The notes under the pieces were generated by a model. The model had not been told where the DNA came from. It worked only from the letters and a program-made list of their open reading frames with translations, and did not search any database. A program made the translations under genes and the position numbers. DNA of 64,000 bases from Candidatus Nanoarchaeia archaeon. GTDB lineage: Archaea; Nanobdellota; Nanobdellia; Woesearchaeales; GW2011-AR4. Of this stretch, positions 27,153-37,907 are shown in pieces. Positions within the stretch are counted from its first letter, which is position 1. Each line of letters starts with the position of its first letter. The stretch covers positions 36,495 through 100,494 of the forward strand of contig DATDOM010000093.1 of the NCBI GenBank assembly GCA_035293285.1, given 5' to 3'.

Positions 27153-28100
27153 TCAAGCTTTTCTCTTAACCAATTTTTCAGTCTCTTCTGCGATTGAATC
27201 TGCGCTTAAGCCGTATTTTTTGTAAAGTTCAGTTGGATTTCCTGATTCTGCGTATTTGTCCATAACACCAATTCTTTTCATTATGCACGGATAGTTTTCA
27301 CCCAGTACCTCGGCAACCGCGCTTCCAAGCCCTCCTATTATGTTGTGGTCTTCAGCAGTTATCACGCAGTTTGTTTTTTTTGCAAGCTCGATTATAAGTT
27401 CTGAATCAATCGGCTTTATCGTTGAGACGTTTACAATGTAAACATCAAGACTTCTTCCTTTTAAAATATCATAAGCTTTCAATGCCTCGTGAACCATTGT
27501 GCCTGATGCAAAAATGACTGCATCTTTTCCTTTTTTGAGAACTTCAGCTTTTCCTATTTCAAATTTGTAATCATCACCGTGTATTACAGGAACTGCTGTC
27601 CTGTGCACTCTCATGTAAGAAGGGCCGTTGTAATCAGCCAATCCCAAAACCATTTTTTCAGCTTCTACAGCATCAGCAGGCTGAAGCACAATCATATAGG
27701 GAAGGGAGCGGTAAATTGCAACATCTTCAATTGCCTGTGCGCTCTTGCCGTCTTCGCCAGTTGCAATTCCTGAATGGCTTCCGGTTAATTTAACGTTAAT
27801 CTTGTTTCTAGCGACAATGTTTCTGACAAACTCAAAAGCCCTCTCAGAGAACACTGCAAATGTGCTTGCATAAGCTATTTTTCCTGACTGTGCAAGTCCT
27901 GCGGCAACGCCTATCATATTCTGCTCGGCAATTCCCATGTGAAAATACCTGTCAGGAAATTCCTTTCCAAACAATTCTGCCTTTGTTGAGTCTCCCAAAT
28001 CAGCATCTACAACAACGACATTCTTGTTTTTCTTTCCAAGCTCAAGCAGGCCCTTACCGTGCCCGTCCCTTGTTGCAATTTTTTTTATTTCTTCCGGCAT
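27153..28100 (-). CDS. tktB: Transketolase, C-terminal subunit (pyrimidine-binding + C-terminal domains)
   Basis: HMGIAEQNMIGVAAGLA and TGEDGKSAQAIEDVAIYRSLP motifs; 315 aa. Confidence 0.85.
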   Translation of the reverse strand: MPEEIKKIATRDGHGKGLLELGKKNKNVVVVDADLGDSTKAELFGKEFPDRYFHMGIAEQNMIGVAAGLAQSGKIAYASTFAVFSERAFEFVRNIVARNKINVKLTGSHSGIATGEDGKSAQAIEDVAIYRSLPYMIVLQPADAVEAEKMVLGLADYNGPSYMRVHRTAVPVIHGDDYKFEIGKAEVLKKGKDAVIFASGTMVHEALKAYDILKGRSLDVYIVNVSTIKPIDSELIIELAKKTNCVITAEDHNIIGGLGSAVAEVLGENYPCIMKRIGVMDKYAESGNPTELYKKYGLSADSIAEETEKLVKRKA

Positions 28101-28113
28101 TTAAGTTTCCCTA

Positions 28114-28419
28114 TCAGAAAATTTGTTTTACGTGACCTACACTAAATGCAGACACTATTGGTGATGTAGTTTTAAATTTCTCCCTTTCAACCATGTATTT
28201 TAGATTAGAGCCCTGCATGTTTTTAATGAGGTCATCAATTTTTATTATGTGCACCATCTGATTTTCCTTTATAACTATTTGCAAATCAAATTCTTGCTTA
28301 TCCAACTCATTCTCCACCGGGCAAATTTTCTTCACTTTAAATCCCCCGGCTATATGGTTCCGGATATGATATACTGAATTTGATTTGGTTATTGCAAAAA
28401 TGTCATTCATTATTTTCAA
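28114..28419 (-). CDS. Hypothetical protein between the two transketolase subunit genes
   Basis: 101-aa ORF filling the gap between tktA and tktB on the same strand. No recognisable motif. Confidence 0.3.
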   Translation of the reverse strand: MKIMNDIFAITKSNSVYHIRNHIAGGFKVKKICPVENELDKQEFDLQIVIKENQMVHIIKIDDLIKNMQGSNLKYMVEREKFKTTSPIVSAFSVGHVKQIF

Positions 28420-28422
28420 CCC

Positions 28423-29268
28423 CTAATTAAAAGATTTTATGTCGATACTCTCAATTTCTTCAATTGCTTTTTTGTATTCTTCGTCATTCGGGGCTTTGCC
28501 GTGGAATTTGTGGTTTAGCTCCATGAATGAAACTCCTTTTCCTTTTATTGTGTTTGAGATTATCATTGTGGGCTTCCCATTTTTAGTTTCGCTGGCAGTA
28601 TCAAGCGCTTTTACAACTTCATCCATGTCGTGGCCGTTTATGCTTATCACATTCCAGCCAAATGACTTCCATTTTGACTCTGCATCGCCTAAGTCCATAA
28701 CGTCAACTGTTTTTCCCGTTTCCTGAACCTGGTTTTTGTCAAGGATTGCTATTAAATTATCAAGCTTGTAAAACGGAGCTGCCATTGATGCCTCCCACAC
28801 AGAGCCTTCCTGTGCCTCTCCATCTCCAATCATCACATAAACTTTCGAACTTTTTTTATCAAGCCTGTTTGCAAGAGCAACACCGACTGAAAAGCAGATT
28901 CCCTGCCCTAGCGAGCCTCCGGCAAACTCAATTCCCGGAGTGTTTAGTTCAGGATGTCCCTGGAGCATTCGGTTGATTTTTCTGAAACCGTCAAGCTCCG
29001 ATTTTGGAAAATATCCCTTGTTTGCCAATACAACATATAATCCCGGGCTTGCGTGGCCCTTGCTCAAAATGAACCTGTCCCTGTTTTCTGACTTCGGATT
29101 TTTCGGGTCTACATTTAATTTATAGAAGTAAAGCGCAGTAAGCATGTCAATTTCGCTTAACGAGCCTCCTGGATGGCCGGACTGGGCCTTGTAAATCACG
29201 TCAATAATCTCTTTTCTAAATGATTTTGCTTTTTCTTTTAATTTGAGTATTAGTTCCCTGTCTGCCAT
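28423..29268 (-). CDS. tktA: Transketolase, N-terminal subunit (ThDP-binding)
   Basis: SGHPGGSLS, GSLGQG, MIGDGEAQEG ThDP-binding motifs; 281 aa. Confidence 0.85.
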   Translation of the reverse strand: MADRELILKLKEKAKSFRKEIIDVIYKAQSGHPGGSLSEIDMLTALYFYKLNVDPKNPKSENRDRFILSKGHASPGLYVVLANKGYFPKSELDGFRKINRMLQGHPELNTPGIEFAGGSLGQGICFSVGVALANRLDKKSSKVYVMIGDGEAQEGSVWEASMAAPFYKLDNLIAILDKNQVQETGKTVDVMDLGDAESKWKSFGWNVISINGHDMDEVVKALDTASETKNGKPTMIISNTIKGKGVSFMELNHKFHGKAPNDEEYKKAIEEIESIDIKSFN

Positions 29269-29310
29269 TGGTTTTGGATGTTTTACTGCTTATTTATACT
29301 TTTTGTTTAG

Positions 29311-29470
29311 TGCGTTGGCAGCGTTCAAAATCTCGCTCTGCTCGGGTTATTGCCAAGCTCGGCTCCTTCATCTCAAATTACGGGCTGACATTGCCCGGAT
29401 GGCGCATCCCCTTTGTCAGCATTCCATCCGTTCAAATTACGGCCTCGCAAAAAGGTAATAACCTACATTT
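29311..29470 (+). repeat. ~120-nt conserved structured element, family G, copy A (with extra outer stem)
   Basis: Inner terminal stem gggttattgcc (29336-29346) / ggtaataacc (29446-29455). Core CTCGGCT...TCAAAT...GGCTGACATTGCCCGGATGGCGCATCCCCTTTGTCAGC...TCCGT.CAAAT...GGCCTCGCAAAA. Outer 13-bp stem cagcgttcaaaat / attttgaacgctg. Ends 48 nt before the wzx start. Confidence 0.65.
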
Positions 29471-29517
29471 TGAACGCTGCCATTTAGTGCGTCATAACCT
29501 TTTTATAGGCAGGGATT

Positions 29518-30975
29518 TTGATTTATGGAATGGGTGCTACCAGGACAATATACAGGAACACTGCGTTTCTCGGAGCCGCTGAAATCATATCCAAAGGCCT
29601 GCAGTTTCTGATAATGCTTTATGCCGCGAGGCTCCTTAGCAAGGAGAGTTTTGGAAAATTCAATTTTGCCCTTGCAATAACGTTCATTGCAGTAATCCTT
29701 GCAGATTTTGGAATATACACATATCTTGTAAGGGAAATATCAAGAAACAGGAAAAAAGAGGCTGCAAGCAGGTTATTCTGGAATTCATTTTTTGTAAAAG
29801 TTTTCCTTTCACTAATATCCTTTCTGGTAATTTTTGCTTCACTTAACATTTTGGGATACCCAGAAGACACAAAAACAGTTGTATACATTATGTGGGCTTT
29901 CACAATCATACTCACATTTACTGAGCTTTTCTATTCTGTATTCAGGGGATTTGAGATGATGAAATATGACTCCTCAAACAAAATAGTGAAAATGATAGTG
30001 CTTGCGGCAATTTCTGTTTATTTCCTGTCTAACGGCTTTGGCGTTTTTTTCCTTGCAATTTCATTTGTTTTATCCGAACTTGCAGGCCTTGCGGCTGCAG
30101 CTCTCATTGCCTTTAGAAAGCTGATTTCCTTTAAACCTGAAATCAGCACAAAGATTATGGCTAATATCCTTAAGGAGGCAATACCAATAGGATTTTCCAA
30201 TATATTCGGAATGGTTTATTTTTTTATCGGCACGGTGATGCTTTCAAAGATGAAGGGAGACTCTGAAGTTGCAGCATTTAGCGCAGCATACAACATAGTT
30301 CTTGCCCTTATTTTTATACCCACAGTCTATACAAATGCAATTTATCCAGTATTTTCAAGATATAAAAAAACATCAGAGCAATTCAGGACTTTATACGAAA
30401 AGTCGTTCAAATACCTCTACATGGCAGGCCTGCCCATCTCTGCAGGAATTTTTCTGCTTTCTGACAGGATAATCTATCTTCTTTACAAAAGCAGCTATGA
30501 ATCGTCAATACCAATACTAAAAATCATCTCCTTTTTCATTGTACTTAAATTTTTGAATTTTCTGCTTGGGACAATACTAGTGTCCCTTGACAACCAGTAC
30601 AAGAGGATGCTTGGGCAGGGGCTGACTGCGGTGCTTAACATAATACTTAACCTGATTTTCATCCCAAAATACGGATTCATAGGGGTTGCATATGCCACAA
30701 TAATCACAGAGGTTTTCCTTTTCGTGGTATACTACTATTATGTATGCAAAAACCTCTACTTTTACAATTTTTTCAAAATATTGATAAAGCCGGCACTTGC
30801 CTGCATCGTAATGGCGCTTGCAATGAAATTCATGCCTTTTGGGCTTGTTCTTACAATAATACTCTCAGCCATGGTATATCTTGCATCAATAACACTGCTA
30901 AAAACTTTTGACAAAAGGGATTTTCAGCTAATATCAGACATATTCAAAAATGACAAGCTACAGAATAATAAGTGA
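29518..30975 (+). CDS. Wzx-like oligosaccharide flippase (MOP superfamily polysaccharide biosynthesis protein)
   Basis: 485 aa, ~12-14 hydrophobic helices. N-terminal ...LLSKESFGKFNFALAITFIAVILADFG... is typical of Wzx/RfbX. Confidence 0.65.
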   Translation: MIYGMGATRTIYRNTAFLGAAEIISKGLQFLIMLYAARLLSKESFGKFNFALAITFIAVILADFGIYTYLVREISRNRKKEAASRLFWNSFFVKVFLSLISFLVIFASLNILGYPEDTKTVVYIMWAFTIILTFTELFYSVFRGFEMMKYDSSNKIVKMIVLAAISVYFLSNGFGVFFLAISFVLSELAGLAAAALIAFRKLISFKPEISTKIMANILKEAIPIGFSNIFGMVYFFIGTVMLSKMKGDSEVAAFSAAYNIVLALIFIPTVYTNAIYPVFSRYKKTSEQFRTLYEKSFKYLYMAGLPISAGIFLLSDRIIYLLYKSSYESSIPILKIISFFIVLKFLNFLLGTILVSLDNQYKRMLGQGLTAVLNIILNLIFIPKYGFIGVAYATIITEVFLFVVYYYYVCKNLYFYNFFKILIKPALACIVMALAMKFMPFGLVLTIILSAMVYLASITLLKTFDKRDFQLISDIFKNDKLQNNK

Positions 30976-32257
30976 TTTTTATCTTGATGATGACGACTTA
31001 AATCACGTCAAGGACCTGCTTCCTGAGAGTTACATTGCCTCAAAAGATGCACTGATTGATGACCATTTTCTTGTCAGGAGCCTGCAAAACCTGCTTAACG
31101 AGACGCTTAATTCCTACCTTAACGGAGGATTTTCAAATGCCGGCTATGTTTTTTATCCCCTAATCAAGGGCACTTCAAAAAGCAACAGGGAGAACTTAAA
31201 AAGCCTCAAAACGATAACTGAGCTTCTTTCAAAAGAAGGACATGACTTTTCCAAATCAATTTCAATGTTAAAAAAAGGCAATAGCGAAGGGCTTATTGCG
31301 GAAATACTCTCTTCTTCATACACGGAATTCAAAGAAGCGCTTAAAAAAATACAGGTTAAGACAAAACCTTCTATGAAAGAAAAATGCAGGGAGCTTGACT
31401 TGTCAGCTTACAATGAAAAAGATTTTTCCTACATAAGGCCGCTTTCAGAAATCAAGGATTATTCTGATGAAAAGCTAAGGCCATACCTTCTGGGATTTTA
31501 CCTTCACGGCAGCCTTGCAACAAGGGACTACATAAAGGGATGGTCTGATGCTGATACCCTTGCAATAGTCTCAAAAGAATCAACTGAAGACCCGCATTCA
31601 CTCAAAGAACTCAGGAAAAACATCTATCTGTTGAGAAAATACTTTTACAAAATTGATCCCTTGCAGCATCACGGCAGCATAATAATAAGCGAGCACGACA
31701 TGGAAAGCTACTGCCAGGCTTACTTTCCGGTTCCTGCCCTCAACTATGCAGTCTCATTTTTTGATTCTGACAAAAAAATGCAGTTTAATGCACGCGAATA
31801 CAGAAGCGAGGCGCTAAAAGACCTGTTCTGGTTTGTGAGCTATTTCAGAAAATTAAAATCAATGGAGCTGTACAAATTAAGCAGCTACGATACAAAAGTT
31901 CTTTTGCACAGCATAACTCTTTTTCCTTCGCTTTATCTTCAGTCAAAAGGAATACTCATGTACAAAAAATTCTCATTTGAAATGGCAAGAAAGGACTTTG
32001 GAAGTGAAGAATGGAAGATAATTGAGAATATCAGCGGACTGAGGAGCAAGTGGAAAGCCAAATCATTTACAAACTTTGCATTCCCTGTTTCACTTTTCAA
32101 CCCACTTCTTTCACACCAAATCAGCTCAAGGGCAAACGACATTTTCGGAACAATTGCCTCAGCAAACAGGATAGACATCAAAAAAACAGTTGAGGAAATG
32201 CACTCACTTTCTGAAAAAGCCTGGCAGAATGCAAAGGACAATGACAAAAACAAGTGA
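30950..32257 (+). CDS. Hypothetical protein with nucleotidyltransferase-fold motif
   Basis: YLHGSLATRDYIKGWSDADTLAIV matches the minimal NTase hG[GS]x(9-13)DxD pattern; 435 aa. Confidence 0.4.
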   Translation: MTSYRIISDFYLDDDDLNHVKDLLPESYIASKDALIDDHFLVRSLQNLLNETLNSYLNGGFSNAGYVFYPLIKGTSKSNRENLKSLKTITELLSKEGHDFSKSISMLKKGNSEGLIAEILSSSYTEFKEALKKIQVKTKPSMKEKCRELDLSAYNEKDFSYIRPLSEIKDYSDEKLRPYLLGFYLHGSLATRDYIKGWSDADTLAIVSKESTEDPHSLKELRKNIYLLRKYFYKIDPLQHHGSIIISEHDMESYCQAYFPVPALNYAVSFFDSDKKMQFNAREYRSEALKDLFWFVSYFRKLKSMELYKLSSYDTKVLLHSITLFPSLYLQSKGILMYKKFSFEMARKDFGSEEWKIIENISGLRSKWKAKSFTNFAFPVSLFNPLLSHQISSRANDIFGTIASANRIDIKKTVEEMHSLSEKAWQNAKDNDKNK

Positions 32258-33359
32258 ATACAGGTTTTTCAACTTGCCGAGGAAATATACTGATGAGGAC
32301 TATGAAACTGCGTTAAATAAAATTACCACTAGTTATTCCAAAATAAATAACGTCCTGGCAATTTACAGCTTTGCAGGAAAGTTTGTTCCTGGAATTTCTG
32401 ACATGGATTTGATATTTGTTCACAAAAAAAATCCGAAAAAGCTTCCACTATTAAAGCGCGGATTTTATTTTCTTGACAAAAAGACAAGATACCTTGCAAG
32501 GCACCCGTTTTTCCACATTTACGAGGATGACTTTGAAAAGCTAAACTACATCTATCCAAAATCACAGTATGAAAAGCTTTTTGGAAAAGAGCTTAAAATC
32601 CGGAACATAAGCGCTAGTGAAGAGAACCTTGTGAGAATCTCGCTTTTCAATGACATTATAATAAGGCACTATCCAAGGGACTTTTTGCAGCAGCACATAA
32701 AAAAAAAGATTAATGTGCGAGACACGCTTTTAAGGCTTAATTCGCTGAAGTACAGTGCAAAATTCATTACAGAAATAACAAAGACAAGAATATCAGGAAT
32801 TGAAAGCCTGCTTAAGAGGGTTGGCGGGCTCAGGGAAAACTGGTTTGAACTTGAGGACTATGAGGAACTTGCCGACTTGCACGAAAGCGCGCTTAATATT
32901 ACCATGGAATTCATAAGGGTCTTTGATGAATTTTTACTTTCAGAAGAGCTTGTTAATATCGAGAGTGAAGAAAGCATTAACTATCTTGGCCAAAAAAACC
33001 AGTCGGAATTCTGCAAAGACTGGGAATCAAACAAATCCCTGAAGGAAATGGGGGCTCTTGCAAGGAATGGAAAACTTACTTCGATTCTTCCATTGTCGCT
33101 TGCACCGCAGATTATCGGCTACTCCAGAAACAAAGGATTAATCAGCAGCTATATTAAAAAAAATCTTGAGGGTGAAATCAATTACAAAAGCAAATTAACA
33201 GAAATTGCCGCAAAAAGGATATCTATTCTAAATGGGCAGGCAGAACTTGCACAAAGAACTTTACACTCCGATTTTGCGGCTTTCTTTGACTTTGGATACA
33301 GCAGCAATTTCGGGGTAAACAACAGGACGATAAACCTGATAAAGGGCATAACCCGCTGA
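32241..33359 (+). CDS. Paralogous hypothetical protein with nucleotidyltransferase-fold motif
   Basis: [17 protein letters not shown] NTase-like motif. ORF-track start 32190 overlaps the upstream gene, so the internal ATG at 32241 is preferred. Confidence 0.4.
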   Translation: MTKTSEYRFFNLPRKYTDEDYETALNKITTSYSKINNVLAIYSFAGKFVPGISDMDLIFVHKKNPKKLPLLKRGFYFLDKKTRYLARHPFFHIYEDDFEKLNYIYPKSQYEKLFGKELKIRNISASEENLVRISLFNDIIIRHYPRDFLQQHIKKKINVRDTLLRLNSLKYSAKFITEITKTRISGIESLLKRVGGLRENWFELEDYEELADLHESALNITMEFIRVFDEFLLSEELVNIESEESINYLGQKNQSEFCKDWESNKSLKEMGALARNGKLTSILPLSLAPQIIGYSRNKGLISSYIKKNLEGEINYKSKLTEIAAKRISILNGQAELAQRTLHSDFAAFFDFGYSSNFGVNNRTINLIKGITR

Positions 33360-33397
33360 CGCATTATCCATATATTTTTAAACATAAATATATTTTT

Positions 33398-34102
33398 TTG
33401 CCCATGCAAAAACTTTCAATAATAATACCAGTTTACAACGAGAAAAAAAGCATTCTGCAAGTAATAGAAAAAGTGTCAAGGGAAAAAATACCAAATACTT
33501 TTAAGGAAATAATAGTTGTTGATGATTTCTCCACTGACGGCACAAGAGAACTACTTCAAAAACTAAAAAGAGATTCCGTGAAAGTTTGCTTTCACAAAAA
33601 AAACATGGGGAAGGGAGCTGCTATAAGGACCGGCATTTCAGAATCATCCGGCGACATACTTATCATACAGGATGCAGACCTGGAATACGACCCAAAGGAA
33701 TACCCTAAGCTCCTAAAGCCGATTTTTGAGGAAAAAGCGCTTGTTGTCTACGGCTCACGGCTTAAATCCATCAAAAGCAATATTGAGCGCATGTACAAGC
33801 TGCATTACTTTGGAAATTATTTTCTTACATTCCTGACAAATATCCTTTATGGCTCAAAAATCACTGATATGGAAACTGGATACAAGGTTTTCAAAAAAGA
33901 AATCCTGAAAAACATCAGCCTGAAAGCAAACAGATTTGAGTTTGAGCCGGAAATTACCGCAAAAATCCTCAAAAGCGGCCATAAAATACACGAAGTTGCT
34001 ATAGGCTTTAACGCAAGAAAGTTTGAAGAAGGGAAAAAAATAACCTGGCTTGACGGAATTGCAGCAGCATATTACCTTCTGAAATATAGGATATTTGACT
34101 GA
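33398..34102 (+). CDS. GT2 glycosyltransferase (dolichyl-phosphate mannose synthase/AglD-like)
   Basis: [10 protein letters not shown]...[10 protein letters not shown]...[10 protein letters not shown]. Confidence 0.8.
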   Translation: MPMQKLSIIIPVYNEKKSILQVIEKVSREKIPNTFKEIIVVDDFSTDGTRELLQKLKRDSVKVCFHKKNMGKGAAIRTGISESSGDILIIQDADLEYDPKEYPKLLKPIFEEKALVVYGSRLKSIKSNIERMYKLHYFGNYFLTFLTNILYGSKITDMETGYKVFKKEILKNISLKANRFEFEPEITAKILKSGHKIHEVAIGFNARKFEEGKKITWLDGIAAAYYLLKYRIFD

Positions 34103-36646
34103 TTAATCATATTCTTTGCTTTTTTCAAATTCTTTTGCAAAATAGAAAAGAGCAGCTATGAAAAAAAAGTGTGCAAAAAGAGACGCATAGCCGAATACTT
34201 TTTCCTTTGCAAGCACAACATACTTTAGAGTTATCTCACTTCCCTTTATTGTCTTAATCAGCACTTTTTCGTGAAGCGTTGATAATACAGGCACTTCCTT
34301 TCCGTCCATATATGCCTTCCATCTTGGGAAATAATGCTCCTTAAATACGACATAATCATTTTCATCAAAATCTCCAAGAATCCTCACTTCAGAAAAAGAA
34401 ACCCTTTCAAAATTAAGGCCCTGCGGGAATTTTGGGTTCTGAACATAGTCAATTTTTTCATTAAAATCATAATGTGGGCTGACAGAAATGAACCTATAAG
34501 CATCTTTTTCCTTGTAAATTTCTTCACTGAGATTTTTCACAAGGTCGACTTTTTCGGCATAGTTTGTATTATTGACAACCAAAAACAAAAAGCAGCCGTT
34601 CTGATAAATTGGATAAGTGTAGTTTGGATAAAGAACGGAAACCACATAATTCCCAATTGGATGGCAGCCGTTGATGAACAAATACTTGTAACCTCCCATT
34701 ATGAGGTAATTTGACAATTCCGTTCCTGACTTTGTCATGACTATATCAGGCTCGCCAAATGAATTCTGGCCGTGCACGCGCTCAAAAATTCTCCTTTCAA
34801 TATTCATCAGGTCACGCTCATCACGCGAGAAATATTTTCCCGTGAGATAATTTCCTCCAAAGTCTATTGCGTTGTTAAAAACCCCGTAATCCATAATCCT
34901 CGCATCAGCCGGCAGCGCCCTTATCAAATCAAGCTCCTGCTTATAGATATCTCCTCCGGCAAAAGCCTCTTCGTGTATTGCCCTTATGGTCTTTTGGGAA
35001 TAAGGCAAATAATACAAAAACAATGCGAATGCGAGCGCAATAAAAGCGTATTTTGCCTTTTTATTATTCCATCTTGAAACAAAAACCGCTATAGACGCCC
35101 CTGCGAGTATCAGGAGCATCTGGATATTTGTCCTGAAAAACCCGCCGACAGATGCAGTGATTTTTGAATAAAAAAGCCCGGAAACTGCAAGCGCAATAAC
35201 AAATCCAAGCAAAAGCGCCCGGAATTTCTTCACATCTTCTGACTTGTAAGAAACAACAAGCATTAAAACTGACAGCGCTCCTAAAATAGTGAAGAAAAAT
35301 CCCACCCTGTGGTCATCTATCCTCTGTATTTCAGGAATCTTCAGGGAAAATATTGCTGCCATGTCGCTTTTTATTGCGGAAAATGTCGAAATAAAATCAG
35401 TCTTCATGCTTTGCGGAGTTATCTTTATTGTAGTTGCCTTCAAAAAATCCTTGTAAATCAATCCTGCAGACAGGTAATAAAGAGGCATGATGAAAACGAC
35501 CAAAAACACTGCCAATATTACAATCTTTTTTTTCAGCGGGATATTCAAAACAGATTTTAGCTCAGACCTGTCCTTAATCCAATAAAATTTTGTGAGCAAG
35601 AGGGCACAAAAACCTATTACAATTATGCCGCTTCCGTAAGGAAGGTGCGTTGTCGTAAAAATCATGGCTATATATCCAAGAACCATAAAATCAAGAAGTT
35701 TTCTTGGATTGTCAAGAATTATAAGCAGGAAAAGATATGCTATTGGATAGATGTAATATGCCTTATAGCTTTCAAGCCCCTTTAAAAAATAAAAATTGAG
35801 CCCTGTCATCAGAGCTATTGCTATTACAAGAAAGAAATTTTCATTAAGCTCATAGTTTTTGACGATAGACCCAAAAAGCAGCCCGAGGCCAAGAACAGAC
35901 AAAAAGAGCGTAAACACCATCTGGGCGTTAAAAAATAGTATGTTGGTTTTTGTATTGTTAAGGTATGCAACAAGCGCGGCGCCTACTTTAAATGAAGGAG
36001 TGTTCCAAAGATAAGTGGATTCGCCGTCAGCAATGCCTGGATTGTAAATCGGCACCATGCCTTCATTTCTGAGGCCTTCAAGGGCAACGTTTACCCTTGA
36101 GAATATCCTTATGCCGTTAACCATAAAGAGGCTCTTGTTGTCAATAATGCTTACTGCAACCAGGGACGTGAACATCAGGATAATTACAAAGAAAATAGCC
36201 TCCCTGTTTTTTACCTCAAAAAATGAAACTGCTTTTTTCTTCAGAAAAACTGCGGCAACAACCGGCATGAAGTAGCATATCGCCAAAATCAGCGGATAAT
36301 TGAGAGATACCTGAGTATAAGTTGTAATCAGGTACACAAGATTTACAGGAATGAAGAAAAGCGCAAATGCAAGGATGTAATTTTTTGCAAAGCTCCTTTT
36401 TGAAATCAGGAAACCAAAAACACAGAATGGAAGAAACACGAGAAAAATACCGAGCATCTGGGGTATATAAGAAAATGCGCTGATAATATATACTAAGTTT
36501 TTAGTTCCTTCGTTCATCCTCGAAAAATAATCCACTAATACGGCAATTCCCAGTGCAAGGACGGCAATATAATTGAAATGTTTTGTTACAATTCCGAGAG
36601 AAACAAAAAAAACAGCTATTAGCAGCGGCAATGCCCTGATTTTCAT
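34103..36646 (-). CDS. Large polytopic membrane protein with C-terminal soluble domain (putative glycan polymerase/transferase), hypothetical
   Basis: 847 aa with more than 15 hydrophobic helices and a ~300-aa C-terminal hydrophilic region. No WWDYG-type AglB motif. Confidence 0.45.
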   Translation of the reverse strand: MKIRALPLLIAVFFVSLGIVTKHFNYIAVLALGIAVLVDYFSRMNEGTKNLVYIISAFSYIPQMLGIFLVFLPFCVFGFLISKRSFAKNYILAFALFFIPVNLVYLITTYTQVSLNYPLILAICYFMPVVAAVFLKKKAVSFFEVKNREAIFFVIILMFTSLVAVSIIDNKSLFMVNGIRIFSRVNVALEGLRNEGMVPIYNPGIADGESTYLWNTPSFKVGAALVAYLNNTKTNILFFNAQMVFTLFLSVLGLGLLFGSIVKNYELNENFFLVIAIALMTGLNFYFLKGLESYKAYYIYPIAYLFLLIILDNPRKLLDFMVLGYIAMIFTTTHLPYGSGIIVIGFCALLLTKFYWIKDRSELKSVLNIPLKKKIVILAVFLVVFIMPLYYLSAGLIYKDFLKATTIKITPQSMKTDFISTFSAIKSDMAAIFSLKIPEIQRIDDHRVGFFFTILGALSVLMLVVSYKSEDVKKFRALLLGFVIALAVSGLFYSKITASVGGFFRTNIQMLLILAGASIAVFVSRWNNKKAKYAFIALAFALFLYYLPYSQKTIRAIHEEAFAGGDIYKQELDLIRALPADARIMDYGVFNNAIDFGGNYLTGKYFSRDERDLMNIERRIFERVHGQNSFGEPDIVMTKSGTELSNYLIMGGYKYLFINGCHPIGNYVVSVLYPNYTYPIYQNGCFLFLVVNNTNYAEKVDLVKNLSEEIYKEKDAYRFISVSPHYDFNEKIDYVQNPKFPQGLNFERVSFSEVRILGDFDENDYVVFKEHYFPRWKAYMDGKEVPVLSTLHEKVLIKTIKGSEITLKYVVLAKEKVFGYASLFAHFFFIAALFYFAKEFEKSKEYD

Positions 36647-37332
36647 CTTGACCTGCCTTTTTTTGAGAACCTTTCTGCAAATATTTTCCTTGTTATCAAA
36701 AACCCGTCGGAAATCTTGACTTTTGACTTGCCGCGCCCGTCGTCTTTTGACCTGTCATTGTACGGGAGCATTATCTCTTTTATCCTGTAATTATTTTTGA
36801 GCGCAATGATTATGGTCTCAACTGTTGAATCCGCGCCCGAGCCTTTTATCTTTTTTTCATAGCTCTCTATCTTAAACAGCTTCATTCCTGAATTGACATC
36901 CCTAATCCACGTGAAATAGAGGATATTGACAAGCATTGTATGAAACAAATTTGGAAAGCGGTTTACGAAATTTATGTCGCCAAGCCTTCTGCCGCCGTTG
37001 ACAAGGTCATAGCCTTTTTTTGCACTGTTGAAAAGCGTCCTGATGCCGTTTATCGAGTAAGTCCTGTCACAGTCAATGACTAGCATGTGGGTGTGGCCCC
37101 TTTTTCTTGCATTTATCAGCGATTCCTTCAGGCCTTCCCCATAGCCGTGCTTTTTCCTTAAGAAAACGTCAACTCCAAGCGATTTTGCAATTTCCCTTGT
37201 CTTGTCTGGAGAATGGTCGTCGCTTACTATAATGTCGAAGTCATATTTCTGCCGTATTTCTTTAATCATGTACCTGATATTCTGCTCCTCATTTCTTGTC
37301 GGCAGCAAAACACAGAGGCTTATGCCCTTCAT
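36643..37332 (-). CDS. GT2 glycosyltransferase (Dpm1-like)
   Basis: LCVLLPTRNEEQNI...IVSDDHSPDKT. Confidence 0.75.
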   Translation of the reverse strand: MKGISLCVLLPTRNEEQNIRYMIKEIRQKYDFDIIVSDDHSPDKTREIAKSLGVDVFLRKKHGYGEGLKESLINARKRGHTHMLVIDCDRTYSINGIRTLFNSAKKGYDLVNGGRRLGDINFVNRFPNLFHTMLVNILYFTWIRDVNSGMKLFKIESYEKKIKGSGADSTVETIIIALKNNYRIKEIMLPYNDRSKDDGRGKSKVKISDGFLITRKIFAERFSKKGRSR

Positions 37333-37859
37333 TTATTCAGTTCCTCGTATTTTTTTAGTGTCTCTTTCATGAAATCCCCGAGGTGCTTGTAGTGCGGTGA
37401 TGTTATGATGTTTTTGTCAACAACTGCAGGGCCGTCCACATAAGTTGCGCCGGCATTGTTAATGTCGTCCTTGATGCTGTAATACCCTGAAATTTTTCTT
37501 CCCTTGACAACTTTGGCTGAAATCAGGAGCTGCGAGCCGTGGCAGACTGACGCTATCACTTTTCCGGCCTTGTTAAAATCAGCGATGAAATCAAGCACTT
37601 CCTTGTCCTGCCTGATATATTCAAGTGCCTTTGCGCCGCCAGGAATCATCAATAAGTCATAGTCTTTTTCCTTTATGCCTGCAATGTCGCGCGTCGGGAC
37701 TATTTTTGTCCCTAAATCTCCCTGTACAGTCTCCATTCCCCTTATTGCAACGTCAACCTTAAACCCAGCTTCCTGAAGCCTGTAAAACGGGTAAATAAAT
37801 TCGTGGTCCTGCACCCTTTTTCCTGTAATTATCAATGCCTTTTTCATTTTATCCTCCAA
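37329..37859 (-). CDS. pfpI: DJ-1/PfpI-family intracellular protease/amidase
   Basis: ASVCHGSQLL nucleophile elbow; 176 aa. Confidence 0.8.
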   Translation of the reverse strand: MEDKMKKALIITGKRVQDHEFIYPFYRLQEAGFKVDVAIRGMETVQGDLGTKIVPTRDIAGIKEKDYDLLMIPGGAKALEYIRQDKEVLDFIADFNKAGKVIASVCHGSQLLISAKVVKGRKISGYYSIKDDINNAGATYVDGPAVVDKNIITSPHYKHLGDFMKETLKKYEELNK

Positions 37860-37907
37860 ATTATTTTTAGATTTTTTATTTCAACTTTAATTTAATAGTT
37901 TTAATTT

